Part shown: positions 63,091-64,000 of the stretch, one piece after another
How the letters are laid out: every line of letters begins with the position of its first letter
Numbering within the stretch: position 1 is the stretch's first letter
Assembly (NCBI GenBank): GCA_964016885.1
Contig: OZ024742.1
Location: 328,910,001-328,974,000 of the forward strand
Length of the DNA stretch: 64,000 bases
Reading direction: 5' to 3'
Source of the DNA: Eledone cirrhosa
Lineage: Eukaryota
The notes under the pieces: model-generated
What the model saw: the letters and a program-made list of their open reading frames with translations, nothing else
Databases searched by the model: none
What the model was told of the DNA's origin: nothing
Program-made: the position numbers and the translations under genes

Positions 63091-63189
63091 AATAATTGTT
63101 TCTACTTTTGGCACAAAGCCAGCAATTACCCAGTACTGGTACTTTATTTTATCGATCCCATAAGGATTAAAGGCAAAGTTAACCTCGAC
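63091..63189 (-). mobile_element. SINE 3' half (ATT-tailed family)
   Basis: Reverse complement: GTCGAGGTTAACTTTGCCTTT...ATAAAGTACCAG...GGC-TTTGT-GCC...AGAAACAATTATT. Confidence 0.8.
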
Positions 63190-63666
63190 AATAATAATAG
63201 CAAATACATACTACCAATAACAACAAAACAGCAGCACCAACAACAGCAACGGCATTAGCAAAAAAAAAAAAAAAGAAAATAAGAACCAAAGTAGGGACAT
63301 TAATAAGAACTGCAACAACATCAACAAAGATTTTGAGGGTAGCAACAACTACTGTAATAACGACAACTGTAACTACAGTACAATGATACAACACGTAATA
63401 CACAACAGAAAGAGCAACTGCAATTCCTAATTAGAAAAACAACAGTGGCAGTAACCACTACAATGGCAGTAACCACTACATTAACTATACAACTTCTGGA
63501 ACTACAACAACAGCACACAGTAAACTAACAACACTGTCTCTAGAACAACATATACCGCAAAGAAAACTGAGTACGACATCTAAACATCAATAACAAAAGG
63601 AAAACTAAACTGTTTCACAAAATAAACAAAAGAATAAGAATGATTATGACAAGAATATCAACTGTG

Positions 63667-63667
<1 letters not shown>

Positions 63668-63758
<91 letters not shown>

Positions 63759-63789
63759 ACACATACACACACATACACACACACACATA

Positions 63790-63837
<48 letters not shown>
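63668..63837. repeat. (CA)n microsatellite
   Basis: Directly visible. Confidence 0.98.
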
Positions 63838-63838
<1 letters not shown>

Positions 63839-64000
63839 CAAAGACGACTACAACAACAGCAGCAACTATACAACAAAAGCAGCAGCAACAACAACCGTAG
63901 CAGCAACATTAGCAACAAAAGCAGCGGTAGCAGCAGCAGCAACGACAACAACAACAATGAAGACGTACACAAGAATGACTAACATCATCCCGTTAAGAAT

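Overview
Eukaryotic, repeat-only DNA with no recognisable host gene. The SINE and microsatellite landscape suggests an invertebrate such as a cephalopod, which is an inference. Positions ~207-33,120 form an uninterrupted pile of retroelements, each joined to the next by an (ATT)n tract. The pile contains tRNA-derived SINEs, four full-length Tx1/L1-clade LINEs on + (one with both ORFs intact, one with a different 5'UTR and ORF1), a 5'-inverted fragment of a third Tx1 subfamily, and two R4/Dong-clade LINEs on -. The rest of the window is (TA)/(CA)-rich. It holds a degenerate Naiad-like Penelope element (RT + GIY-YIG), at least six type I hammerhead ribozyme motifs, many fold-back inverted repeats, a 5'-inverted RTE, hAT and Tigger-type MITEs and further SINEs. 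The most notable signals are: (i) a 52-53 nt GT-AG intron candidate between Tx1 ORF1 and ORF2 whose removal fuses them in frame in both ORF1 types, plus a possible 1.2 kb intron in the Dong leader; (ii) a covarying YTTGY-loop hairpin shared by Tx1 3' ends, SINE 3' ends and both Tx1 5'UTRs; (iii) two unrelated LINE clades using the same microsatellite in opposite orientations.
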